Shown one piece after another: positions 1 through 12,329 of a stretch of 64,000 nucleotides of DNA (within the stretch, counting starts at the first letter, position 1; each line of letters begins with the position of its first letter). The stretch covers positions 87,501,921 through 87,565,920 of the forward strand of contig NC_092383.1 of the NCBI RefSeq assembly GCF_030028105.1, written 5' to 3'. The position numbers and the translations under genes were made by a program. Source of the stretch: Mobula birostris. Its lineage: Eukaryota. Below the pieces are notes generated by a model. The model searched no databases, was not told where the DNA came from, and saw only the letters and a program-made list of their open reading frames with translations.

Positions 1-421
1 AGCCATTTAAGACTGGGATAAGGGAAGTCCTCTTCTCCCAGAAAGTGGTGAACCTGTATTCAAGAAAGATTTAGTTATTTTTTTCAGTGGTAGAGAGATG
101 CAGAGATATGGGAAACAATTACTCTCCCAGAAATACTGGAGATCAGAGGGTTTATTGAAAGGTAGAAAGTCGGTATTCACCAATAATAACTGAATGAGGA
201 TCGGAAAACTGATGTGATTGAAAACCAATAAATCTGCAGATTGTGATACTCTACGTCCCAGAAAATATGAGGAATTGGCTTGTGAAATAATAGATGCACT
301 GCTGGCCATTTTTAATTCCAATGGATTGGAGAGAAGCTAACCATTCTATATTAAAAAGGAGATAGAGAGAAAAGAGAGAATTATAGAGCAATTGGCCTGA
401 CATTGGTACAAGGAAATGTGG
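1..421 (+). mobile_element. Highly decayed CR1 LINE ORF2 fragments
   Basis: Degenerate matches to CR1 ORF2 motifs (FSQKVVNL; E-I-IDALL-IF; ANxxPxxKKG; NYRxIxLT) with indels and stops. Confidence 0.5.
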
Positions 422-574
422 TGAAGAAGGACAAAAGAAAAAAGATCAATGTATTGAATTGGTTTTGTGTTTTTTTGCGGCCATTATAAATTCCTCCGTG
501 TCAGTCTGTTAGATATCCTATATTTGTTTTAATTAATCTGCTAACATACCTATTGAAGTTTTCACGGAGGTATA

Positions 575-1216
575 TATGAAACAACCTGGTTTACCTGGCT
601 GCGTAAATCTTGGAAAGACAACCTCTGGCCCCACCAAACTCATGAGATTGAGCTGTGCTCAATCCCATGTGGATGTTGTGTCATTTGCTACCCTGTTACA
701 AATTAATGCCATGAAGTAACAGGCAGTACACTGCATACGATTAAAGGAATTATATTTATGAATCTTAACTAAAGGGTTAGTAAAGAATAACGAAAAGAAA
801 AGGGCCCATTTTAATTAAACAATCAAATGTGCACAAGTTAGAGCTCATCTTGCATTTCACTGCCACTCACACGCTGGACCCTTGGTCAACGTGAAAGCAC
901 ACACCACCTTTCAAATGTCGCTCGCTATCCATCTCAAACAGTCTCCCACTGGATCGTATGCTACTACCGGTTCTCCCCAGTGTCTTGTCTCTTCATCTCC
1001 TCTCAAACAAAACAAGCCCCAAGCCCAACCTTAGTGTCCCGCACCAGAGAAACCTCCCTTTCAACTGGACCATCCTAATTGGATGGCTCACATTTCTCCT
1101 CATCTCTTATCTTCAACAATAACCTGAACATAAGCTGAAAACAAGCAGCTCCCACAGAACAGCAGAAAATTAAATACATACAGATAACAGTAAAAAATAT
1201 GAACCAGGGCATTAAG
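575..1216 (-). mobile_element. Gypsy-like solo LTR (same family as 58792-60287)
   Basis: Long collinear similarity to 58792-60287 (e.g. gattaaaggaattatatttatgaatcttaactaaagggttagtaaagaataac in both); shares GAGCTCYAAC and TTTAATCGTAT motifs with LTRs at 11544 and 15503 when reverse-complemented. Confidence 0.7.
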
Positions 1217-1705
1217 TACTGTATATATTCCCTGCAAAATTGCTCCTGTTCTATATTTTCAATGTTTTAATCGATTGTTTTGTTTTGAAATCTAAACTAC
1301 TTCTGATACTCAGCTTTGCTGCTTTTACAGAACATGACACATTTCCTTGGATTTAATAGATTCATAAATTTCTTTTGAAAGTCATGCTTGATGGTGGACC
1401 TTTCCCTTATGATTACACATGCTTAAATAGGATTACAGTTCCCTCAATCTAAGCCCTTTCACTTCCCCAGCAGTATCTTCACACCGCCAGTGCCTGAATA
1501 TGGGAAAGAATCCAAATGTGAACGTAGTTGGGTGCACAATTAGCGTAACATTATTACTCAGCCAGCAATCGGTGATCGGTCCAATTCCCACCACTGTTTG
1601 CAAGCATTGGTCCACCAGGGTCAAGTACCTATGGTCTCACAATTGTGCTCTCTTGTTTTTAAAAGTACAAAGCAGATAAAATTAGATTTTATTTTCTTTC
1701 AACAG

Positions 1706-1784
1706 GGCCAATTCATTTCTGTGAAAATACTGTGACAGAAACCATGACAACTGCAGAAGGGGAAGGATCTTCATCAGATAAAAT
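1706..1784 (+). CDS. Gene A stalk exon (G)PIHFCENTVTETMTTAEGEGSSSDK
   Basis: ttttctttcaacag|gg...aaaat|gtaaag; phase 1 in, phase 2 out, with aromatic-x-C motif as in gene B stalk exon (KYSC vs HFC). Confidence 0.75.
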
Positions 1785-4700
1785 GTAAAGTATAATGTTC
1801 TCTCTACAGGCGCTTTCACTGCTACTGCTCCCAAATAGAGCCAGTTGGGAGAGAAATTTGTTTCCCTTTAACTGGCGTTAAACACGTTTGACATGATTAA
1901 CTGCAATGAAATCATGTTTTGGAAACTGAGTATTCCAGGTTTTCTTGTACAGGCGTCAAGCCTGAGAAAAAAGATAGAACATAGAAAACCTGGAAAATCC
2001 TACAACACAATACAGGCCCTTCGGCCCACAAAGCTGTGCCGAACATGTACTTACTTTAGAAATAACCCAGGGTTAACCAGAGCCCTCTATTTTGCTAAGC
2101 TCCATGTATGTATTCAGGAGTTAAAGGACCCTATTGTATCTGCTTCCACCACCGTCGCCAGCAGCCAATTCTACGCACTCTCCACTCTCTACATAAAAAA
2201 CTTTCCCCTGACATCTCCTTTGTTCCTACTTCCAAGCACTTTAAGACTGTGTCCTCTTGTGTTAGTCATTTCAGCCCTGGTAAAAAGCCTCTGACTATCC
2301 ACATGAACAATGCCTCTCATCATCTTACACACGTCTATCGGGTCACCTCTTATCCTATGCCGCTCCAAGGAGAAAAGGCCGAGTTCACTCAACCTATTCT
2401 CAGAAGACATGCTCACCAATCCAGGCACAATCCTTGTAAATCTCCTGTGAACCTTTTCTATAGTTTCCACATCCTTCCTGTAGTGAGGTGATCAGAACTG
2501 AGCACAGTACTCCAAGTGGTTTCTGACCAGGGTCCTATATAGCTGTAACAATACCTCTCAGCTCTTGAACTCAATGCCACAGTTGATGAAGGCCAATATG
2601 CTGTATGCCTTCTTAACCACAGAGTCAAACTGCGCAACAGCTTTGAGTGTCCTATGGACTTGGGCCCTAAGGTCCCGTTGATCCTCCACACTGCCAAGAG
2701 TCTTACATTAATACTATATTCTGCTATCATATTTGACCTACCAAAATGAACCACCTCACACTCATCTGGGTTGAACTCCATCTGACACGTCTCAGTCCAG
2801 TTTTGCATCCTATCAATGTCCCACTGAAACCTCTGACAGCCCTCCACACTATGAAAAACACCTCCAACCTTTGTGTCATCAGCAAATTTACTAACCCCTC
2901 TCTCCACTTTCTCATCTAGGTCACTTAAAAAAATCATGAACATAAGGGGTCCCAGAACAGATCCCTGAGGCACACTAAACTCCATGCAGAATATGACCTG
3001 TCTACAACCAGTCTTTGCCTTCCGTGTGCAAGCCAGTTCTGGGTCCACAAAGTAATGTCCCCTTGGATCCCATGCCTCCTTACTTTCTCAATAAGCTTTG
3101 CATGGGGTACCTTATCAAATGCCTTGCTGAAATCCATATACACTACACCTAATGCTCTACCTTCATCAATGTGTTTAGTCATATACTCAAAAAATTCGAT
3201 CAGGCTCGTAAGGCACAACCTGCCTTTGACAAATCCATGCTGACTATTCCTAATCATATTATGCCTATCCAAATGATCATAAATCTTGACTCTAAGAATC
3301 TTCTCCATCAACTTACCAACCACTGAAGTAAGACTCACTGGTCTAAAATTTCCTGGGCTATCTCTACTTCCTTTCTTGAATAAGGGAACAACAGGGAGGA
3401 GAAGATGGCGGCGCAACGCAACTCGCATCAGCCGCCCCGGTGGTGTTGTCTGATATTTGTCAAGTAGGGTGCCGTGCACAATCCTGATTTGATGGAGACG
3501 GATGTGAGAGCACGGAGGAACATCTGGTGAGACTTCTGAAATGCCTGCTTTGCTGCTGCTGCTGCTGCTACTGTGTGGTCCAGCAGATCAGGAGGAGAAG
3601 GCCGCGAGTCCTTGGCATTGCTTGTTGCTCGGCGGCCGGGGCAGGGTCGAAGCGTTTGGCAGAGGATGGTGCTCGGAGAGGCTGTGTCGGAGGGCTGGTT
3701 GGAGGCTCGAAGTTTTCGGACGGACTCAGGCTCCACTGCGGTCGGGTGCTTCCAATGGTGCTGCATCGGCAAGTTCGCGGTGCTTGGAGGTTCATGGCAG
3801 GGATAGTTTCTCCCTTCTACCGTCTGCGTGAGATGATGAGACTTTCGGGACTTTGGGACTTTTTACCGTGCCCATGGTCTGCTCTTTATCAAATTACGGT
3901 ATTGCTTTGCACTGTTGTAACTATATGTTATAATTATGTGGTTTTGTCATTTTTAGTCTTGGTTTGTCCTGTGTCTCTTGTGATACCATTCTAGAGGAAC
4001 ATTGTATCAGTTTTTTAATACATGCATTTCTAAATGACAAGAAACGAGGACTGAGGAATGAGGACACATAATCTCAAAAAAAATGCTCTCCCACTGAGAG
4101 ATCTGACACCTGACCAGATTCATTTCCCAGTACCAGATCAAGTACAGCCTCTCCCATTGTGGACTTTTCTACACATTCTGTCAGGAAACCTTCCTGAACA
4201 CACCAAGCAAACTTCACCCCATCTAAAATGCTCACTCCAAGGAGATGCCATTCAACATTGGGAAAATTAAAATCCCTCATCACCACAACCCTGTTATTAC
4301 TGCACTGTTCAAGGATCTATCTCCCTATCCACTCCTCAATGTCCCTGTTACTATTGGGTGGTCTATAAAAAACACTCAATACAGTTATTGACCCCTTCCT
4401 GTTTCTAACTTCCACCCACAGCAACTCAGTCAACAATCAATCCATGACTTCCTCCTTTTCTGCAACCATGACACTATCTCTAATCAGCAGTGCCATGCTC
4501 CCACCTCTTTTGCCTCCCTCCTGTCCTTTCTGAAATATCTAAAGCCTGGCACTCTAAGTAGCCATTCCTGCCCCTGAGCCATCCAAGTCTCTATAATGGC
4601 CAGAACATCATAGCTCCAAGTTCTTTGTTGATAATACTCCTTGAACATAGAACATAGAACATAGAATAGTACAGCACAGTACAGGCCCTTCAGCCCACAA

Positions 4701-7700
4701 TGTTGTGCTGACCCTCAAACTCTGCCTCCCATATAAGCCCCCACCTTAGATTCCTCCATATACCTGTCTGGTAGTCTCTTAAACTTCACTAGTGTATCTG
4801 CCTCCACCACTGACTCAGGCAGTGCATTCCACGCACCAACCACTCTCTGAGTAAAAAACCTTCCTCTAATACCCCCCTTGAACTTCCCACCCCTTACCTT
4901 AAAGCCATGTCCTCTTGTATTGAGCAGTGGTGCCCTGCATTAAAATAGACACATCTCAAACCATCTGCTGAGCCCCCTTCTCTATCACCTGCATACCCTC
5001 CCTCTCAAACTGCCTACGAGCTTTCTCTATTTGTGTGCCAACCTCCTCTTCCTCTGTCTCTTCATTTCGGTTCCCACCCCCAGCAATTCTAGTTTAAACT
5101 CTCCCCAACAGTCTTAGCAAACCTCCCTGCCAGGATATTGGTCCCCCTCGGATTCAAGCGCAAACCGTCCTTTATGTACAGGTCACGCCTGTTGCAAATG
5201 AGGTCCCAGTGATCCAGAGATCTGAATCCCTGCCCCCACTCCAATCCCTCAGCCACGCATTTATATTCCACCTCACTCTATTGCTATACTCACTGTGCAT
5301 GGCACAGGCAGTAATCCCAAGACTACTACCTTTGAGGTCCTGCTTCTCAGTTTCCTCCCTAAGTCTCTGTAGTTTGTTTTCAGTACCTCCTCCCTTTTGC
5401 TACCTATGTCATTGGTACCAATATGACCACAACCTCTGGCTATTCACCTTCCCACTTCAGGATATCGTGGACACGATCAGAAACATCCTGGACCCTGGCA
5501 CCTGGGGGGCAAACTACCATCTATGTTCCTTTACTGTGTCCACAGAATCGTCTGTCTGTCCCCCTATCTATAGAGTCCCCTATCACTGATGCCATCCTCT
5601 TCCTTTCCCTACCCTTCTGAGCCACAGGGCCAGACTCTGTGCCAGAGGCGTGGCCACTATTGCTTCCCCAACAGTATTCAAACAGGATTACTTATTGTTA
5701 AGGGGGACCGCCACAGGGGTACTATCTTGCCCTTCCCTCTTCTGACTGTTACCCAATTATCTGTCTCCCAAGGCCCCAGTGTGTCTACTTGCCTTTAGCT
5801 CCCCTTTGTCACCTCCTCACTTTCCCTGACCAGACGAAGATCATTGAGCTGCATCTCCAGTTCCCTAATCCTGTCCCTAAGGAGCTGCAGCTTGATGCAC
5901 CTGGTGCAGATGTGGCCATCCGGGAGGCTGGGAGTCATCCCACATCTGACACCCAGTACAGAACACTGGCCTCACAGACATACTCCCTATTCCTATTCTT
6001 CACAAGTAATTTACCTCCTCTCAACCCACTATTGCCGATGCCCCGTTGAGCCAAAGCCCTCCTACTCTGACTCTCTCTACACACGCTCCTCTGGCGCCCG
6101 CTCTATAAAGCTGTCTACTTTTTAAATTCTTCCCTCCGGTCTAACTTGCTGGCACCTCCGCATCTGCAGTTGTGCCTTGATCAAACTGCTGAAGAAAAAA
6201 CTCTCTCCTTTTAAATTCTTCCCACCGATCTAACTCACTGATATCCACGCACCTGCGCAGTCGTGCCTCGATTAAAAAAAGATCATTTTCTTACACAAGA
6301 TATTTAATAATTTAAGTTATGCAGTTGAAGCTCATGTTCTGAGTTATAAAGTCATTGTTATGTATTAGAAAAACAAGCCTCTCAGCCTGACTCATCCAAG
6401 CCAAACAAGAGTCCAGACAGCCATGAAACAAAAAAAGCCATTGAAGCCTTTCAAAGAAGAGGTTCGGCTACATGGTCAGCAATGCTGTCTGTCAGAGAAG
6501 AAGCCATTGATCAATCTTCTAATGCAACAGTTCTGATGAAATGTTTGCAAAGGACATGGTAGGGTTCCCAGATGGCCTGGACAATAGTTACTCTTCAACC
6601 AACATCACTATCATTGGCCGTGATCACTTTTCTACTTGGAGACCTTGCTGTGAGCAGATTGGCTTTATCAATTTCCCACACTGTCAACAGTGTCTAATGT
6701 TCATTTTCTGAGCTGCAGACATCCTGAGCTCATGAAAAATGCTGTGTAAATGCCAAACTTTACAAATGGCAAAGAATAAGTAAGGAACCAGGGCTGAACC
6801 TTTCCTATTCTTCACCACAGGCCCATTTACATAATTGTGCTCAGCGTCATTGGGATTCCTCTCACATTTTTTGTCGTTTGTCTACTTTGCTACCTGAAGA
6901 GAAAAAACAGGGGTAGGTTTCATTTTTCCTTTAAATATTTCATGATGAATATGATAGCTAGCTGCTGAATCTTAAGGAACTTGATTTGGTTGCAGTCAAC
7001 AAAAAGACAGGTTTAGAGTGCCAATGTGTTGGTTACAACACATGAATGAATGGTGTTGCTTCCACTGTAACCTGGTGACTCCATTATTCCTGAAACATCA
7101 GGCGATGGAATCTTACATCAACTGTGCAATGGCAGAGAACCACAAGGTTGTGTAGAAGAAAAATTTAGATGGTCTCACCTGTACTACTCAGTTTTGGAGA
7201 ATTAGCTGTAGTATTTGAAAGTGTATCTAACAAGCTGTTCCTCAGTACTGAGGCACTATCAATTACTCCAAAAGACTGGAAGTAGAGTAAATACTGAAAG
7301 GCTTCTACTAACAGTAAATAGTCCAACATCCATGCTGAGTATCTGCCCCAGACTGAGGAAGGAGCAGTGGCACAATCACCTTTATTCAGGGGTCGGTGGG
7401 AGGAGCCACAGGAGCAGTCAGCAGAGGGGCGTGTCCAGGCATGTCCAGACAGGTAACCCAGTTGCAACATATATATATTGTTTACCACAAGTACAACCTC
7501 CAATTAAATGCAATCATTTGGACAATGTATGTCTAAAAGTGTACTCTTGTGTAATTCTTAAAAAAAGATCAGGTGTATCTCTTACCAATCTACCACTCAC
7601 TGCATGTCACTGGCAAAATTACCCTGTTTTGATTGGAAAAAGTTGCCGTAGATTAAGTCAGTGATCTGGTTTATTGAGATGAACCTGAGATGGGCACCAC

Positions 7701-10582
7701 CGTAGCGTGGAGGTTAGCGTGACGTGATTACTCCTCGGGGCATTTTGGAGATCAGAGGTCCATTCCGGTGAAATTCTGTAAAGAGTCTCTACGTCCTCGC
7801 CATTGAATGTATGGGTTTTTCTAGGGTGCTCCAGTTTCTTCCCACAGTCCAAAGACAAACCAAGTATGTTATTTGGTCATTGTAAGTTGTCCCATGATTA
7901 GCTTTAGGTTAATCAGACTTGTCGGGGTTGCTGTGTCAGCGTGGCTTGAAGGGCTGGAAGGGCTTACTCTGTGGTGTATCACTAAATAAATCCATAAAGA
8001 AATAATCTTCTCTTTTAAATAGACTTTGTAAACTAGTGAAGCGAACTGTGAGTATCATGATCATCTGTGTGTTATTATCAAGTGAGGTAAAAAACAACAT
8101 GATCCTTTCTGACCATTGTGCAGTAACCAGAGCAGAGGTTTGCTCTGTGTGGAGAATCATTACTGTGTTGCAGCTGGGGTTCCCATGGTTCTGAGATTCA
8201 GTATGGGGGCCATGGTAACCTAGTGGTTCATGTGAAGCTATTACAGCTGGGGGTGTTCTGGAGTTTGCAGTTCAATTCCAGTGCCGTTCTGAAAGGAGTC
8301 TCTGTATGTCCTCCTTGTGGGATGCATGGATACACTCCAGGTCCTCCAGTGTCCTCCCACAGTCCAAAGAGGTACCAGGTAGGTGAATTGGTCAATGGAA
8401 ATTGTTCCATGATTAGGTTAGGGTTAATCTGGTTTGTCGGGGGTTGCTGGGTGGCGAAGGTCAAAGGGCTGCAGGGGCCAACTCTGTGTTGTATCAATCA
8501 ATCAATCAATAAATAAATACATGTTTATACCTGTAACAGCCATGGAATTTTTAGCAGTAATGTTGTATTTTTCAGCATCCAAGCCCAACCCATCTCACAG
8601 AGAAGGCAACAATGATACCCAGGTATGGACATGATGTATAAATTATCTGAATGTTTCAGAATGTTTAAAAATTGGATTACATGGGAGTTTACAGTTCATT
8701 CATCCCCACTAGTCCAGTCCAGTATTAATATTTTAAACAAACCTCTGAACACTCCTCTCATTGAATCCTATTGGCATATCCTTCTGGTTATTTGTTCCTT
8801 TCTCTTCTGCTCATCCTGATTTTCCTTAATTCTATTCATAATATTTTATGTGACTATTCTTCAAAATGGCTCCAGCCTTGATTATCATTACTGAATGGTG
8901 AAAAGTGAGGTTGGTCCTTTCTCTGCTGTTAGAGATGGAGCGTCCAATTGTGTAAATCTGTCTTTGTGTTCAATGACTTTGCAGTTAAATTTTTGGATAG
9001 TCCCTCAGCGTCTCAAACTCTGCAGTGAAATCAGAAAAAATTAGGGCAGGTCTATTCAGAACAATAAATTGGGGGTGGCACGGTAGTGTAGCGGTTTGCG
9101 TAACAAACTGGATCTCTCCGGTTGCTCTCTGTAAAGAGTTTGCGTGTTCTCCTTGGGACCTTGTGGGTTTCCTCCCACAGTCCAATGTTAGTATATTAAT
9201 TTGGTCACATGGGTTTAATTGGATAGTGCAGTTTGTTGGGCCAGAATGGCGTGTTACCAAGCTGTATCTCTAAATAAGTAAATATCTGTTCTGTGCTGAC
9301 CTCACCCACCCACTTTCTCACTCTACCCCTCAGTCCTGACACCAGTATGAATAGTCTATTGAGTCTTAGGTCTGCTATCAGCAGTCTTTGTTTGTGATAC
9401 CATCCACAATTTTCATCGTGCATGGTAACTGGAGGGTGGAGATTGTTGAAGGATTCTGCTCTGCCGTACATTTTCCCTTGAGGGCATCACTTTCTCTCCA
9501 AGAGCTGTACCCTCAGAGAACTGTGTGTTCCTCTTGTGCATCCTCCAGTGTTCTGAATCCCACCACCAATGTCAGTAGCTTCAGCTGCCCAAATCCCACC
9601 CTCTGGACAACTCCATGAACTCCTGCAATTCTGTCCTCTTAACTTCTGTTTGTTAGAAATACAGCAGAGTAACCGGTCCTTCCAGTCCACTGACCAGCCA
9701 ATTACACCCATGTGATCAATTAACCTGCTACCGCAAACCATTCTGACTGTAAACCCTAAAAGTATTGTAATTTGCCCAAATAATTCCCAAGTTTATTTTC
9801 AACCTCTTCTCTCAGTGAACCCCTGTGAAACACCAACTACCGATTTCATGTCTGGTGTTGTAAAGCAACATGCTGTTGTGGCACAGTTAGTATTAGGTCC
9901 TCACTAAGGATCACAGCCATTGAGTCATGAACTGTTATCAAACACTCTGGAAAATGAAATTTTACAAGCTGATTGAAAGGATCAGAGTTTATTTAAAAAC
10001 AGAAAACTGAGAGTGATCTGGTAGTTGTCTGAAAGAGTATCAAATTGTTTTATTGAATAAAGGTGTTTCCACTTACAGATGAGAGTAGAACTCAGGATAT
10101 AAGCATAAAATAGATAATAAAAACAAACAATCCCGGAAATTAAGACCATAGACCATGTGGTATAGGATCAGAGTTAGTCCATTTGGCCCACCAAGACAGC
10201 TCCGTCCTTCAATCACAGTTGGTTTATTTTCCCTCTCACCTATTATGCTGCCTTCTCCCTGTAGCTTTTCACAGCCTCAACTTTCACATTCATCGGTCAT
10301 AAAATAGATCTCGGAATTTATTTTTTATTTCAGGAAATGGCCACATTGGAAGAAAATGTCATTTATACAGATCTACACCATGTTCAAAACAATGAGGCGG
10401 CTGCCCAGTCGGCCAAAAATGAAACTGGAATTGTGTATGCAGATGTGAAATTTAAAAGGAAATCAAGAGCAGTCCACTCCATTACTGATGTGGACAACGT
10501 CACCTATGCAGATATCAAATTTCAAACCCATTGCGCAAAGCCCAAACGGAAAGCTTTCTCTCCTCCTACTCCACAGGAATAG
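1706..10582 (+). CDS. Gene A (5'-partial): inhibitory CD300/pIgR-like, MDIR-like Ig receptor; exons 1706-1784, 6821-6912, 8576-8622, 10334-10582
   Basis: Four exons with AG/GT sites and intron phases 1-2-1-0 identical to gene B; the TM exon (92 nt) and next exon (47 nt) match gene B in size; spliced frame is open to TAG at 10580-10582. Confidence 0.88.
3394..4075 (+). repeat. Non-autonomous interspersed repeat nested in CR1
   Basis: GC-rich start with AAGATGGCG (YY1-like) motif, (CTG)n run, AT-rich 3' end with A tail; interrupts CR1 homology. Confidence 0.55.
4643..4937 (-). mobile_element. 5'-truncated CR1 3' end nested in older CR1
   Basis: (GAACATA)3 tail on +; antisense RNFFTQRVVGAW-type 3' ORF2 end. 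Confidence 0.8.
6821..6912 (+). CDS. Gene A transmembrane exon (M)PIYIIVLSVIGIPLTFFVVCLLCYLKRKNR
   Basis: tttcctattcttcaccacag|g ... aggg|gtaggt; hydrophobic stretch then KRKNR stop-transfer; 92 nt like gene B TM exon. Confidence 0.9.
7692..7995 (+). mobile_element. V-SINE (HE1-like tRNA SINE)
   Basis: tRNA-like head plus V-domain gggtgctccagtttcttcccacagtccaaagac, ending in TAAA repeats. Confidence 0.8.
8205..8520 (+). mobile_element. Degenerate V-SINE
   Basis: ccagtgtcctcccacagtccaaag core and (ATCA)n(ATAA)n tail. Confidence 0.7.
8576..8622 (+). CDS. Gene A short cytoplasmic exon (A)SKPNPSHREGNNDTQ
   Basis: tgttgtatttttcag|ca ... cag|gtatgg; 47 nt, phase 1 to 0, homologous to 42130-42176. 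Confidence 0.85.
9072..9275 (+). mobile_element. Truncated V-SINE
   Basis: gggtggcacggtagtgtagcggtt head and gtgggtttcctcccacagtcc core. Confidence 0.7.
10334..10582 (+). CDS. Gene A terminal exon with three ITIM/ITIM-like motifs (VIYTDL, IVYADV, VTYADI)
   Basis: ttttttatttcag|gaa atg; 82 codons then TAG; Tyr at exon residues 11, 35, 58 as in gene B. Confidence 0.9.
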   Translation, partial: EMATLEENVIYTDLHHVQNNEAAAQSAKNETGIVYADVKFKRKSRAVHSITDVDNVTYADIKFQTHCAKPKRKAFSPPTPQE

Positions 10583-10632
10583 GAATAAGCTTGACAGGGT
10601 AATTATGTGGCTAGATCGAGGCATAAGAGTTA

Positions 10633-10917
10633 GGCTTTTTATTCAGTTCACCTGTACACCTGCTTGTTAATGCAAATATCTGATCGGCCAGTCATGTAAC
10701 AACTCAATGCATAAAAGCATGCAGATATGAACAAGAGGTTCCGTTGACAGTAAGTTAAATTACTATTTGTTACAGCAGTGGTTGTAGAAAACACCCCTCA
10801 ATGCACAACATTCCGACACGCATGCTTTCATGCATCGAGTTGCTGCCACATGATTGATTAGGTATTTACTCTGACAAGCAGATGTACAAATGTACCTAAT
10901 AAAGTGGCCACTGAGTG
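10633..10917. mobile_element. Rearranged Tc1/mariner non-autonomous remnants (two left ends in inverted orientation)
   Basis: TIR gtacctaataaagtggccactgagtg at 10892-10917; internal sequence shared with 54525-54975. Confidence 0.7.
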
Positions 10918-11039
10918 TAACTCTTCTGCCTGAATCTATCCACATAATTACTTCATCAAGCTGATTCTGAGCTGCTTCTTCCACACACCCTGCTTTCCAG
11001 TTCCTCTTCATTGGCAATGAGGGTCTGAGTCCAGATCAT

Positions 11040-11380
11040 CTCTGTGTGACTGCCCGTTACGCCGCTGCGTTTGGGGCAGCAGCGCAGGTCCTCCATCTCT
11101 GGTGGTGTTCAGGGTTTCGTTCATCATGTCGATAGCTTCCTCTCAGTTTTCACTACTGGTCATCATGCAAGTCCTGGGCGGAGTTTCAAGAATACCATCA
11201 CACTCAGATACCGAAGGAATTTTCAATTGCTGTTTCTGTAACAGTTTTGTTTTACCAGTCAGGTTTGTCAGGCCTGATCTGAACGCACCGAAGCTGGAGG
11301 ACTGGTGGATCATTCTAAGTCTGGCCTGGCCCAATCGATTTGACGAGAGAGTGAGCTTTGTACAGGTCGGAGGAGAAAAA
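11040..11380 (-). mobile_element. RTE-clade LINE 3' fragment
   Basis: Antisense reads as an RTE 3' end (ETPPRT-W-R-V...; closing cagcggcgtaacggg). Confidence 0.5.
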
Positions 11381-11543
11381 CTTTAAAAAGAAGCATTGCC
11401 TGTTCCACACGACAGTGAGTATAGGAATAGAATGAGGTGGAGGATAAATGTATGGCTAAAGGTTTGGGCTTTGTGTTCTGCAGGAAGGGATGGCGAACTA
11501 TCAGAACGTTATGAGGGCATGACTTATTTCAGTGGGGGGAGAA

Positions 11544-12161
11544 TGTAGAGTTCTCAGTAATATTAGCTGGACCATTAACTGTCAATCGCTTATTACCAAA
11601 ATGGCTTCTCTAAAGTGTTTTACTAAAATGGCTTCTCACATGTTAACTGCTGAGAAAGTTCTCTCTCTAGCAGCTTGGGTTATATTACTGATAATGAGGA
11701 GTGTATTCATTTGCTATCCAATGGAAGTCATGTTATGTTATCTTGTATATGTGTGCTGAGTTGAGCACAGGCTTTTTCGGGAGGCGAGCAGAGAGGACAG
11801 ACAGTGGTTCCAGGGCAGCAGGTACCAAACCTCGGAGGTTCGGATGGTGGCCGAAGTCTCGGAAGGACGTTGTGGATGGAATCGGAGGCGTGAGCTCCAA
11901 CGTATTAAAATATTATGTGCACAAGACTGATAAATTACTTATCTGGTGCCTTTTCTTGTAGTTGTTGCTACTAACCCATCACCAAAACTTGCTATAAAGT
12001 ATAATTCGCAACTCGTACTTGGTATATTGTTTGATATTTGTGTCATGGCTGACCATTGGGCGCCTCACACCGTATCCGCACCAAAGCATTTGCGCTGTTT
12101 GACGGGGTCGACAGCTATTCACCCTAGGCAACGGGAGTCAGTTGGGGCAAAGGCCGTTACA
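11544..12161 (+). mobile_element. Gypsy-like solo LTR
   Basis: TGTA...TACA termini; flanks agaa/ggaa (4-bp TSD, 1 mismatch); GAGCTCCAACG motif shared with 15503-16200. Confidence 0.7.
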
Positions 12162-12329
12162 GGAAGGATACATGTACAAAGGACGGAGTACAGCAAAGTT
12201 TTCCCGGAAAGATTCTGTTGATTTTGAGTTTGTTATATAATGAGAGATTGCTGTATGAGGCTGACTGAAAATCTACCTTCTCACCTTTAGAGGCCATTTC
12301 AGTGAAACAAAAAATATTGAATATAGTTC

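Larger units (their letters stand above)
1974..6273 (-). mobile_element. Near-full-length but broken CR1 LINE (5'UTR, SGNH-esterase ORF1, APE and RT pieces, 3' tail) in gene A intron
   Basis: ORF pieces [70 protein letters not shown]; (TTCTATG)-type tail at 1974; about 85-bp tandem duplication in 5'UTR at 6115-6273. Confidence 0.92.

Noticed and set aside
8023-8047. 25-nt segment with good acceptor and donor (ttttaaatag|...act|gtgagt) in gene A intron
   Set aside because: Entered in phase 1 after the TM exon it hits TAG. It fits only if the TM exon is skipped, the better homologous exon 8576-8622 exists, and there is no transcript evidence.
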